Assembly (NCBI GenBank): GCA_009776805.1
Contig: WRNB01000002.1
Location: 1 to 59,066, forward strand
Source of the DNA: Candidatus Bathycorpusculum grumuli
GTDB lineage: Archaea; Thermoproteota; Bathyarchaeia; Bathyarchaeales; Bathycorpusculaceae
DNA: 59,066 bases
Reading direction: 5' to 3'
The translations under genes and the position numbers were made by a program. Below are positions 18,041 through 26,455 of this stretch, in pieces (position 1 is the stretch's first letter; each line of letters begins with the position of its first letter). The notes beneath the pieces are model-generated. The model was not told the origin of the DNA and ran no database searches. It was given only the letters and a program-made list of their open reading frames with translations.

Positions 18041-20186
18041 ATCGCCATCCTTCGATAAAGGGAATTTTTAATTTAAAGTAGAGTTTTTTAGCATAGTCTA
18101 ATCCAGAATTAAAGCCATATACAGGGAGAGTGGGGAAAAAGTCACAAGGGATATTGGCTGTTGTTAGATATCGGGCAGATAAAATAAAGTCTGGATCATT
18201 CAAACGTATAGCGTCCTCCATAAGTTTCGCCTCCGAATGTTTTATTCCCGATTTAGACAAGGGGCTTCCGTCTGATGTAAATATGTTAAAAGTACTAATT
18301 GTGGTTACTTTAACACCTATGTCCTGTAAGGCTAACTGTAGCCAGTCAATGTTAGCACCGTTAGAATTGATTAAGGCTTTTTTTCCTGCGAAAAATGGTT
18401 CTAATTGTTTCTTATCTTTTTCATATGTTACCTGAGCTTCTGTTATGAGTTTTTCAGCTAAGGCTTCTTTGTTGAATTTGCGTGCAATTGTACGTGTAAA
18501 TTCAACGGTTTGTTCAAATCCTATAGGTAGAGGAATTTGCAGTGTTTCGGTTCCGAAGTGTTGATCTAAAAAGTTTGAGAGGTCATGTACCATTTGATCG
18601 TTTGAAAGAGGGAGATTAATTTTTGCTTTTTTAAAGTTTTTTATTTCTTCTATGTTTGTTTGTCTGATGTATCGACAGTTTATTTTTATATTTAATGCAG
18701 TTAATATTTTGTTTACTTCTTTAAAGTTAGGATTTGCAGTAGTAGACAAGTTTTGTTCGCCAATAATGTTTATACCATCATCTGTTGGTCTAACAGTTTT
18801 ATCTATGAATTTTTCGGCGACTAATTTGCAGGCTGTAAGCATGCCTAAATAGAAGTCACCACCTATTACGCCATCTGTGGGTACGTGTATTATTTGCTGT
18901 TTGTTCGTATTTAATTTGGCTGTAAGAGAGTTTATATCGTCTCCGATTAAACCTACTGGGCATGCGGTTATTAGAAAAATGGGTTGTGTTGGAAATCTTT
19001 TTTGTAGGTCTGTCAAAATTTCGTCTAAATGTTTTGTTCCGCCAAATATTACATCTGTTTCCTGCATGTTTGTGCATAAAAGGTTTGATATATAGGGTGT
19101 GTTTAAGTCAGGGAGCGTGCTCTGATGGGAGCAATAGTTGATGTATGCACAACCTTGAGGAGAGTACATTAGGGCAATTGCATCGTTAATTTGACTGATA
19201 ACATTATAAGCACCAGTAAGTGAGCAACCATATAATGGTGGTTTTTCCTTTGGGACAGAAACTTGAATCGCTCTATTTGTTATACTGTTTTTGCAATCAT
19301 CCACGTTTTGAGCAGTTATTTGCTGTAAATTATTACATACACATGTTTGAGGTTGTTGTAGAATTTTTATTTTCTTTGCGCCGTAGCAGAATTCTTGTAT
19401 GAATTCTTCAAGATCCATATCTGATAGTGGTGTAGGGATTACAGGGTTAGAATGATACTCAATGTAATTAGCTATTTTAGAGTAAATATGGGCTAATTCA
19501 GTGTTGGGAGCAAATTCTATGATAGTTTTAGAGGCCAACTCTGCCTGTGGTATAATATCATTATGGGGTATGAAAGCAACTATGGTTGTTCCAATTTTTT
19601 TAGCGAACATTTCCAGTATTTGGCGTTCGTTGTTTATTCCTCGAAGGTTACCTATTATGCCACCAAGTTTTCCATTGGTGGAAGTGAAGCGTTGTAAGCC
19701 TTTGGCTATGTTGTTAGCGGCGTATATGGAGGCTATTTCGCCTGAGGATACAATGTACACTTCATCAGCATAACCGTCTCGCATGGGAACCGCGAATCCG
19801 CCACAGACAACATCGCCTAAAACGTCAAAAAATACGTAATCGAATTGTTGAGTGTCTAATCCTTGGTCTTTGAGAAGTTGAAGAGTTTGTATTATGCCTC
19901 TACCAGCACAGCCTACGCCGGGTTCTGGACCTCCAGATTCAATACATTTTACGTGATTATATCCTGTTAACATAACTGTGTCAAGTGAAACTGTACCAAT
20001 AGTGTTTAGCTGTTCAAGAACTGTCATTTGAGTAAAGCCCCCTAAAAGCAGACGAGCGGAGTCATGTTTAGGATCACACCCTATCTGTAGGATTTTTTTT
20101 CCATTTACTGATAGGGCAGCAATAACATTAGATATAGTAGTAGATTTACCAATCCCGCCTTTTCCGTAAAAAGCTATACCTTTCAA
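18030..20186 (-). CDS. NifH-type Fe protein fused to a nitrogenase component-1-like (NifD/NifE/BchN-like) subunit
   Basis: N-terminus: YGKGGIGKSTT, GCDPKHDS, ESGGPEPGVGCAGRG, DVLGDVVCGGF (both 4Fe-4S Cys). C-terminus: GCSLTGA, SPQGC, ETDVIFGG, ITACPVGLIGDD. TTG start overlaps the upstream TGA (TTGA) after GAGGAGG. Confidence 0.92.
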   Translation of the reverse strand: MKGIAFYGKGGIGKSTTISNVIAALSVNGKKILQIGCDPKHDSARLLLGGFTQMTVLEQLNTIGTVSLDTVMLTGYNHVKCIESGGPEPGVGCAGRGIIQTLQLLKDQGLDTQQFDYVFFDVLGDVVCGGFAVPMRDGYADEVYIVSSGEIASIYAANNIAKGLQRFTSTNGKLGGIIGNLRGINNERQILEMFAKKIGTTIVAFIPHNDIIPQAELASKTIIEFAPNTELAHIYSKIANYIEYHSNPVIPTPLSDMDLEEFIQEFCYGAKKIKILQQPQTCVCNNLQQITAQNVDDCKNSITNRAIQVSVPKEKPPLYGCSLTGAYNVISQINDAIALMYSPQGCAYINYCSHQSTLPDLNTPYISNLLCTNMQETDVIFGGTKHLDEILTDLQKRFPTQPIFLITACPVGLIGDDINSLTAKLNTNKQQIIHVPTDGVIGGDFYLGMLTACKLVAEKFIDKTVRPTDDGINIIGEQNLSTTANPNFKEVNKILTALNIKINCRYIRQTNIEEIKNFKKAKINLPLSNDQMVHDLSNFLDQHFGTETLQIPLPIGFEQTVEFTRTIARKFNKEALAEKLITEAQVTYEKDKKQLEPFFAGKKALINSNGANIDWLQLALQDIGVKVTTISTFNIFTSDGSPLSKSGIKHSEAKLMEDAIRLNDPDFILSARYLTTANIPCDFFPTLPVYGFNSGLDYAKKLYFKLKIPFIEGWRYDE

Positions 20187-21511
20187 TGACTAACCTCCTC
20201 TACAGTAGCTAAAGCTGGTACTACATGGGGAAGAGAAAATGTTGACTTAGAGACCTGTTTCTTGGTTAAATAATTAAGAGCAGATAGAAGGGTTTTTTCG
20301 TCTTTAATGGAGACCGCCCCTTTGTTTTTAAGTATCTTCATTTTTTCTTGAGCTTGCCCTTTTGTGTAATCTCGCAACTCTATCAGAGTTTCATCTAACA
20401 AAAAAACGGGTATACCCTGTTCTATGGCGAAAGTTGCGGCATCCAAATTTTTAATGTTACCAGGACCATATGGAAAAGATGTTACTATTACTAAATCGGC
20501 TTTTTTAATTAATCCAAGATTATCGTTGTGAGCGGATTCACTAATTGGAGACATAGGAGCTTCTGTAACTGTATGTATTTTTAAAAAACTTGTTGTTTCT
20601 TGATCTGTATCTAGCAAGTTTAAAACCCCAACAGTTACATTATAACCATCATCTGTTAAACGTTTCAAAAGTGAACTACCACTACCTGACCCACAAATCA
20701 CATGAATAGTTGAACTACGAAGAGGTACTTCATGATTAACGGATATAGGAATAATATAGGGTGTTTTAGTTATAGAGTTCTGTTTTACAACGGTATCTAT
20801 GTTGAAGATTGTTTTGATGTTTTCGCTTGTTAAAACGTCTGTTGTTCCAGCAGCAACTATTTTTCCATTTTTTAACAATACCAGAGAATCACAGTAACGA
20901 GCAGCAAGATTGAAATCATGAAAAACACCTATCACTAAAAGTTTTTTGTTGTCACATAACTGTTTGAGTAAATCCATTATTTCTAGCTGGTTTGCTACGT
21001 CAAGAAATGTAGTAGGTTCATCAAGAAGAAGAACTTGTGGCTCTTGAGCTAATGCTCGACTGATAATGATTCGTTGCCGTTCTCCTCCACTTAATTCAGT
21101 TATTAATCGATCTTGTAGGTGTAATGTTCCAGTGTATGTCATAGCTTTTTTTGCAATAGCAACATCTTTTTCACTTTCCATAGCAAAACGAGAGAGGTGG
21201 GGTGATCGCCCCATCAGTACAACATCAAGTGCAGTAAAGCTAAAAGCGATTGCTGCACCTTGGGAGACCACAGCCATTTTTTTAGCTATGTCTACAGCTT
21301 TTAAGGTGTATATGTCATCATCTTCGAGAAGTATAGTACCTGTTTTTGGTTTAAGGGTGTGACTTATGCTTTTGAGTAAAGTTGTTTTTCCTGAACCATT
21401 GGGTCCAAGAATGCCTACAAATTGTCCAGTTTGAAATTGGAAACTAATATCTTCTATGATTTTAATAGAGTCATAGTAACAGTTTATATTATTGATTTTT
21501 AAGTGTACCAT
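20183..21511 (-). CDS. BtuD/FecE-type ABC ATP-binding protein with C-terminal extension
   Basis: GPNGSGKTT, LSGGERQR, LLLDEPT, HDFNLAARYCD; about 185 extra C-terminal residues beginning HVICGSGSG. Confidence 0.92.
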   Translation of the reverse strand: MVHLKINNINCYYDSIKIIEDISFQFQTGQFVGILGPNGSGKTTLLKSISHTLKPKTGTILLEDDDIYTLKAVDIAKKMAVVSQGAAIAFSFTALDVVLMGRSPHLSRFAMESEKDVAIAKKAMTYTGTLHLQDRLITELSGGERQRIIISRALAQEPQVLLLDEPTTFLDVANQLEIMDLLKQLCDNKKLLVIGVFHDFNLAARYCDSLVLLKNGKIVAAGTTDVLTSENIKTIFNIDTVVKQNSITKTPYIIPISVNHEVPLRSSTIHVICGSGSGSSLLKRLTDDGYNVTVGVLNLLDTDQETTSFLKIHTVTEAPMSPISESAHNDNLGLIKKADLVIVTSFPYGPGNIKNLDAATFAIEQGIPVFLLDETLIELRDYTKGQAQEKMKILKNKGAVSIKDEKTLLSALNYLTKKQVSKSTFSLPHVVPALATVEEVSH

Positions 21512-21521
21512 GTTTGTTGCC

Positions 21522-22601
21522 TCATGATGTATCTACTTTTTTCTTTCTTCGCATAAGATAGAGGAAAAATGGTCCGCCACATACTGCGGTTACTACACCT
21601 ACGGGTAATTCTGTTGGGGCTATTACGACTCTTGCCAAGATGTCGCATAGTACAAGGAAAATGGCACCCATTACAGCGGATGCGGGGATTAGAATTCTGT
21701 GATCAGGTGAGAATATCATACGAGTTACGTGGGGAATGATTAAGCCTACGAAGGCTATTAAGCCGCTAATTGAGACTGCAGCGGCGGTCACAAAAGCACT
21801 GGCTATGAGGAGAATTTTTTTCATTTTTTCTAAATCTACGCCTAAATGTGTAGCTTCAGATTCACCTAGTGCTAATAAGTTTAGATCACGTGAGAACATA
21901 TAGATAACTATGGAACCAATTATTATGAAGGGAAGAGCACTCCAGACGTCAGCCCATTCCGTGTATGAGAAGCTGCCCATAAGCCAGAAGGCTGATCTTC
22001 GAAATTGTTCAGGGAAAAGGGAGTGATAAGCGTTGACGATTGCACCAAGCAGGATGCTTACGGCGATGCCTGAGAGAAGTAGAGTTTGTACAGGCACTTT
22101 AGAGCCTACTCTTGAAATTGCATAAACGAAAAATACTGTTAATAGACAACCTATGAATGCAAAAATTTGCATTGTGTTTATGCCAATTATTGTTACGCTA
22201 AGACCTACAATAACAGCTGTGGTGGCCCCTAAGGCTGCTCCTGATGAAGCACCTATTGTGTAGGGGTCTGCCATTGGGTTTCTAAATAGGCCCTGATAGG
22301 CTGCGCCTGCAATAGCTAAGGCGGCTCCTGCGAGTGCGGCGCATAAGGCTCTTGGAAAGCGTACTTGTAAAATTAGTGCTGTGTCAACAGTTGAAACTGG
22401 ATAACTAAATAGTCGGTTGAGACCAGGAGTGTTTGTGAGAAATACTTTGATTATATTAGAAAAAGGAATAGAAACATAACCTATACTTATGGATAATACA
22501 ATAGAACATGCTAATATTATAAAGAGTGTAAATAGTATGAGTGCCCATTTTTGGGTTTTGCGAGTTGCATTTGATTTTGATGATTTACTTTTATTTAACA
22601 T
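21522..22601 (-). CDS. btuC: BtuC/FecCD-type ABC permease
   Basis: VRFPRAL, QGLFRNPMADPYTIGASSGA, LGESEATHLGV, IAFVGLIIPH, ELPVGVVT. Confidence 0.9.
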   Translation of the reverse strand: MLNKSKSSKSNATRKTQKWALILFTLFIILACSIVLSISIGYVSIPFSNIIKVFLTNTPGLNRLFSYPVSTVDTALILQVRFPRALCAALAGAALAIAGAAYQGLFRNPMADPYTIGASSGAALGATTAVIVGLSVTIIGINTMQIFAFIGCLLTVFFVYAISRVGSKVPVQTLLLSGIAVSILLGAIVNAYHSLFPEQFRRSAFWLMGSFSYTEWADVWSALPFIIIGSIVIYMFSRDLNLLALGESEATHLGVDLEKMKKILLIASAFVTAAAVSISGLIAFVGLIIPHVTRMIFSPDHRILIPASAVMGAIFLVLCDILARVVIAPTELPVGVVTAVCGGPFFLYLMRRKKKVDTS

Positions 22602-22634
22602 CAGTTTTGCTCCTTTGAAAAAAAGAGAAGAAGA

Positions 22635-23579
22635 CTATGTGCTTCCAAAAATTTCTGGATGCATGGTTTTTGAAATTTCTTCTAAAGCATCAATAATTCT
22701 TGGTCCACCTCGTGAATATATGCTGTCACTGCCTTGATTGTAGACTTTATGATTTGCAACTGCATTAATACTAGACCAGCCTGGACGTCCGCTGATGTCG
22801 CTGTAGAGTAAAAGAATTATATCAGGGTTTTTGGATATGACGGCATCGGAGCTTATAATGGGGTAGGGTGTTATAGCGTCATAGAAGATGTTTGTGCCGC
22901 CAGCTAAAGTAACAAGGTCATCTAAGAAGCTGTTTGGACCCACAGCCATTAATGGATCATCAGATATTTCGATGTAAACTTTAGGTTTAACTGTTATACC
23001 TGCGACTTTATCTGTAATAGCATCAACGCGTTTTTGGAGGTTATCTACTAGTTTTGTGGCTTCACTGGTATGACCTGTTATTTTACCCACGAGTTCAATG
23101 TTATCAAATACATTGTTGACGTTTTTTGGGTTTAACACTATTACGGTGTAGCCCATGGAGCGTAGTTTAGCGGCTGCTTCATCACTTGCTCCACCGCCAA
23201 ATGCCATAACTAAGTCAGGTTCTAAAGCAATTATAGGCTCTATCGCGGGCATCCAATAATTACCAATACTGGTAATAGTACCCTCAGCAATTCCCTTAGG
23301 AACGTTAGGTGGGTAATCACAAAAATCTGTAACTCCAACAACTTGATCACCTGCACCAATCGCAAATAAAACCTCAGTGCTACTTGGTGCTAAAGAGACA
23401 ATTCTTTGAGGCACAGAAGAAATTGTTACTTCGGTACCATCATCATCGAATATAGTTATTGGACCTTTACTATTATTGTTGTCTACACCGCCATTAAAGA
23501 ATACTATAAAGGCTGCAGCTATAATAACGACAAGAACTATTGCTATGATTAAATACATCTTTGATTTTTGCATGTTCAC
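22635..23579 (-). CDS. btuF: BtuF-like cobalamin/Fe-chelate substrate-binding protein, paralogue B1
   Basis: PQRIVSLAPSSTEVLFAIGAGDQVVGVTDFCDYP, EPIIALEPDLV, SRGGPRIIDALE. Confidence 0.85.
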   Translation of the reverse strand: MNMQKSKMYLIIAIVLVVIIAAAFIVFFNGGVDNNNSKGPITIFDDDGTEVTISSVPQRIVSLAPSSTEVLFAIGAGDQVVGVTDFCDYPPNVPKGIAEGTITSIGNYWMPAIEPIIALEPDLVMAFGGGASDEAAAKLRSMGYTVIVLNPKNVNNVFDNIELVGKITGHTSEATKLVDNLQKRVDAITDKVAGITVKPKVYIEISDDPLMAVGPNSFLDDLVTLAGGTNIFYDAITPYPIISSDAVISKNPDIILLLYSDISGRPGWSSINAVANHKVYNQGSDSIYSRGGPRIIDALEEISKTMHPEIFGST

Positions 23580-23617
23580 TTCAACTTTTTTGTTAAGTAT
23601 TCAACAAATAGAAATCT

Positions 23618-23657
23618 AATAAACATTAGGTTAACGCAAATTAATTACAAGTTGATT
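23618..23657 (-). promoter_or_regulatory. Regulon promoter/operator motif heading the btuFCD-nitrogenase-like operon
   Basis: aataaa-cattagg-ttaa-cgcaaa-ttaa-ttacaa-gttgatt. Confidence 0.72.
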
Positions 23658-23706
23658 AAATAAAGTAGAACAAATAACCATGGACCACAAACAAAACTGC
23701 AGAAAA

Positions 23707-23925
23707 TTAATCCCATATTTTTACAGGGAATGAAACCTTGTATTTCCTTTTAAGTATTAATCCAACACATAACAAAACCAACCCCGCAATCCCCAAAATT
23801 AGATGAGTTTTATCTATAGAAAAATGATTAAAACGAAGACTCACAAGCAAAATTACAAGCAGTATTAAACCTGTACACACTAACAAGCTTACATCTAGCT
23901 CTACACTTTTTGATGCCATAATCAT
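23707..23925 (-). CDS. Small two-TM hypothetical protein
   Basis: 72 aa with two hydrophobic helices; no recognisable family. Confidence 0.5.
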   Translation of the reverse strand: MIMASKSVELDVSLLVCTGLILLVILLVSLRFNHFSIDKTHLILGIAGLVLLCVGLILKRKYKVSFPVKIWD

Positions 23926-24003
23926 TCATATTTAGTCAATTTAATTAATCGAATATAAAAAAGTCAGGGATTCATACTGCACAAAAATGCTAAAAACATC
24001 ATG

Positions 24004-24459
24004 TTAAACACTATGTGCAGTGTCTGTGTATTCGCGTGGTAAATGTCGAAGGTCATATATTATAATTATTACCCCAGCAATAACAAACATAACAAGCACT
24101 ATAAACGATGTAAATAGAAGCACACCTATAAGCGAACGCAACGTAAAAAAAAGTTCAGCATAGTTAATAAGGTTCATTACAAGCAATACTGAACCAGCAA
24201 TTAAAAGGATAACCGCAATTTTTCCTGCTAAATGCCGGAGATCATATTTTTTAATTATTACCCCAGCAATAACTAACAGAACAAGCACTATAAACGATGT
24301 AAATAAACATGACTCAGCTCGTAGAAGTATTCCTATAGGCAAACGCAACGTAAAAAAAAGTTCAGCATAGTTAATAAGGTTCATTACAAGCAATACTGAA
24401 CCAGCAATTAAAAGGGTAACCGCAATTTTTCCTGCTTTCTGCGAATTCACACAACTCAC
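24004..24459 (-). CDS. Hydrophobic protein made of two near-identical internal repeats
   Basis: AGKIAV(T/I)LLIAGSVLLVMNLINYAELFFTLR occurs twice. Confidence 0.55.
   Translation of the reverse strand: MSCVNSQKAGKIAVTLLIAGSVLLVMNLINYAELFFTLRLPIGILLRAESCLFTSFIVLVLLVIAGVIIKKYDLRHLAGKIAVILLIAGSVLLVMNLINYAELFFTLRSLIGVLLFTSFIVLVMFVIAGVIIIIYDLRHLPREYTDTAHSV
24041..24436. repeat. Tandem direct repeat (189 bp + 207 bp copies)
   Basis: Copies 24041-24229 and 24230-24436 share long identical runs, e.g. aacgcaacgtaaaaaaaagttcagcatagttaataaggttcattacaagcaatactgaaccagcaattaaaagg. Confidence 0.93.
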
Positions 24460-24569
24460 CTTTTATGTCATACATTTAGTTATATAAAAAAAGGGGATAT
24501 TTAGATTTAGTCTACCAAGACTGCATCAATGTACATACAGGAATAGAATCCAGAGAATTGATAATAAGC

Positions 24570-24800
24570 AACCATATTGACACCCACAACATCAGTTATG
24601 TACCGAAATTCTCAAATGTGGGTAAAGCAAATAGATAGACGTTTTTAGTTTTTTGTTTATATATCCCTTTATAAAGAGTATAAAAACACACAAACAAACT
24701 AGCAATTAATAATAAAAATGTCTACAAACGATAGTGGTATACGTGATGTTTCACGAGTTTTAGGTATTAACCAAAATACCACTGTTGGTTTTAAAAAAAC
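24570..24800 (+). mobile_element. Degenerate IS1-family insA remnant
   Basis: MSTNDSGIRDVSRVLGINQNTTV resembles the InsA HTH (MAMNGxGxRxTAR(I/V)xGxxxNT). It is followed by AAAAAAAC, like the IS1 A6C frameshift site. Upstream frames contain stops and no insB follows. Confidence 0.6.
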
Positions 24801-24814
24801 AAGAAAATATCAAA

Positions 24815-26401
24815 CTAGTAAATGTATGTTAGAGTTATTGTTGTTTCAGTTGTTTGGGTGTCAGTGTTGCATATTTGAATTTTTATGGTTCCAGGAAGAA
24901 CTGGGAAATATGCTGTTGCGTTGGTACCTGTAGTTATTGTTTGATTGAAGATTAGTTCATTGTATTTGTATGATACTTGTGTGTAGGTTGTGGTAGAGGT
25001 TGAGTTAACTTGAATTTCCATGTATCCGGCATACGCTACGGTTTCGTTAAAGATTGTTGTTGCTGTAGTTGCATTTTGGGTGTATGTGGTATTGTTTAAG
25101 AGTATGTGTGATTCTTTGAGGTCTATGATGTTGGTGTAATTGTTGAGTTTGTCGGTTAAAGATGCAATTTGATCTTGGTAATCAGATATCTGTGCTTCAT
25201 AATTAGATATCTCACTATTAAGATTGTTAACTTGGTTTTGCAGGTCGGCAATTTGTGAACTAAAGTCAAATATCTGTTCTTCTAGAGCTGTTCTGTTTTG
25301 TTGATCGATAAAGACTACTGTAGTAAAGCTTGAGATGAGTATAATACATATTAGGCCTAAAGCAAATGTTGTATTTTTTGTTTTAACAACTTCAACTTTT
25401 CGCTCCTCACGCTTTTGTTCATTATTTGATGGTTCAAGCCAATTTCTTGATTTAAACACCGATTTGTTAACCAATTTTACTTTAAGTGCATCCTCATAAG
25501 GACACATTTCCACACATCTTGCGCAAAGCATACACTGAGAAGTGTTAATTTTTCCACCTTTTTGTTCATAGACCTCGTTGACCTGTACAGGACAGACACG
25601 TTTGCAGACACCACATTTGGTACATTTTTCTTCATCTTTATCGATGTATAGAAAAGGTAATTTTCTAAAGATTTTAAACTGGTTAAGAGATGCTATAGAA
25701 GCTCCTGCTGGACAGAAACGACACCAAACCCGACGAACAAAAAACGCTCCGATTAACGTGACTGCAACAAAAATGACTGCAAAAATTTGTCCAGGAGTTG
25801 CAGATATAAAAGTTGTAATGTCCCCTATATATGGGTAACTAAAGTTGAGACTGCCTAATTTTAGTTGCCCAATCCAAGGCACAATAAAGGGCACAAGTGG
25901 TTCTATTATCAGGCTATAGGAACGAAAAGGTCCAGCCAATCGTTGAGCCATTACCACTGCAACAGCTAAGTTAGAAGGAGGTCTTAGCAACCACAATATA
26001 ATGGGTAAAAACAGAAACATTCCCAGGATTATGTATCTACCTTTATGAAGAGCCGTGTTTAATTCAACTGGAAGAGGTCGGTGACGAATTTTAAGAGTTT
26101 TTCTTACCACATTTTCTACATCCATAAGGAAAGCAAATGGACATATCCAACCACAAAAAAATCTGCCCAAAAAAAGCGATGCCACAAACCAACCAACGAG
26201 TACATAGAGGAGAGGTATAGAAGGTTTGATGGAGAACAAATAAAATAAAGCAAATAAACTAACGATTTGAATAATAAATCGTAAAAAAGACACACGCATA
26301 GTACGATTTCGCACCCAAATCATAACTGAGAGCACACCTGCTGCTCCAAGTCCCGCTAACACAATAAGCCTAGACATATCGCTAAATAATGCTTCAAACA
26401 T
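24815..26401 (-). CDS. NapH/MauN/NosR-C-like membrane polyferredoxin, fused to a TM-coiled-coil extracellular domain
   Basis: Two CX3CP motifs (FCGWICP, WCRFCP) and two ferredoxin motifs (CTKCGVCKRVCP, CMLCARCVEMCP), then a TM helix and heptad coiled coil. Confidence 0.85.
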   Translation of the reverse strand: MFEALFSDMSRLIVLAGLGAAGVLSVMIWVRNRTMRVSFLRFIIQIVSLFALFYLFSIKPSIPLLYVLVGWFVASLFLGRFFCGWICPFAFLMDVENVVRKTLKIRHRPLPVELNTALHKGRYIILGMFLFLPIILWLLRPPSNLAVAVVMAQRLAGPFRSYSLIIEPLVPFIVPWIGQLKLGSLNFSYPYIGDITTFISATPGQIFAVIFVAVTLIGAFFVRRVWCRFCPAGASIASLNQFKIFRKLPFLYIDKDEEKCTKCGVCKRVCPVQVNEVYEQKGGKINTSQCMLCARCVEMCPYEDALKVKLVNKSVFKSRNWLEPSNNEQKREERKVEVVKTKNTTFALGLICIILISSFTTVVFIDQQNRTALEEQIFDFSSQIADLQNQVNNLNSEISNYEAQISDYQDQIASLTDKLNNYTNIIDLKESHILLNNTTYTQNATTATTIFNETVAYAGYMEIQVNSTSTTTYTQVSYKYNELIFNQTITTGTNATAYFPVLPGTIKIQICNTDTQTTETTITLTYIY

Positions 26402-26455
26402 AGCTCATCATCGTTTTTGATAGTTTAGTTGATCAAGTTTTTCTCCAAAAAAATG

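Noticed and set aside
16727-20186. Bona fide Mo-nitrogenase (nifHDK) and nitrogen fixation
   Set aside because: No FeMoco Cys ligand, incomplete P-cluster Cys set, no nifB/E/N nearby, and fused architecture.
16727-20186. Coenzyme F430 synthesis genes cfbC/cfbD
   Set aside because: CfbD is a single shorter subunit forming a homodimer and CfbC is unfused; no cfbA/B/E is in the window. A related substrate is not excluded.
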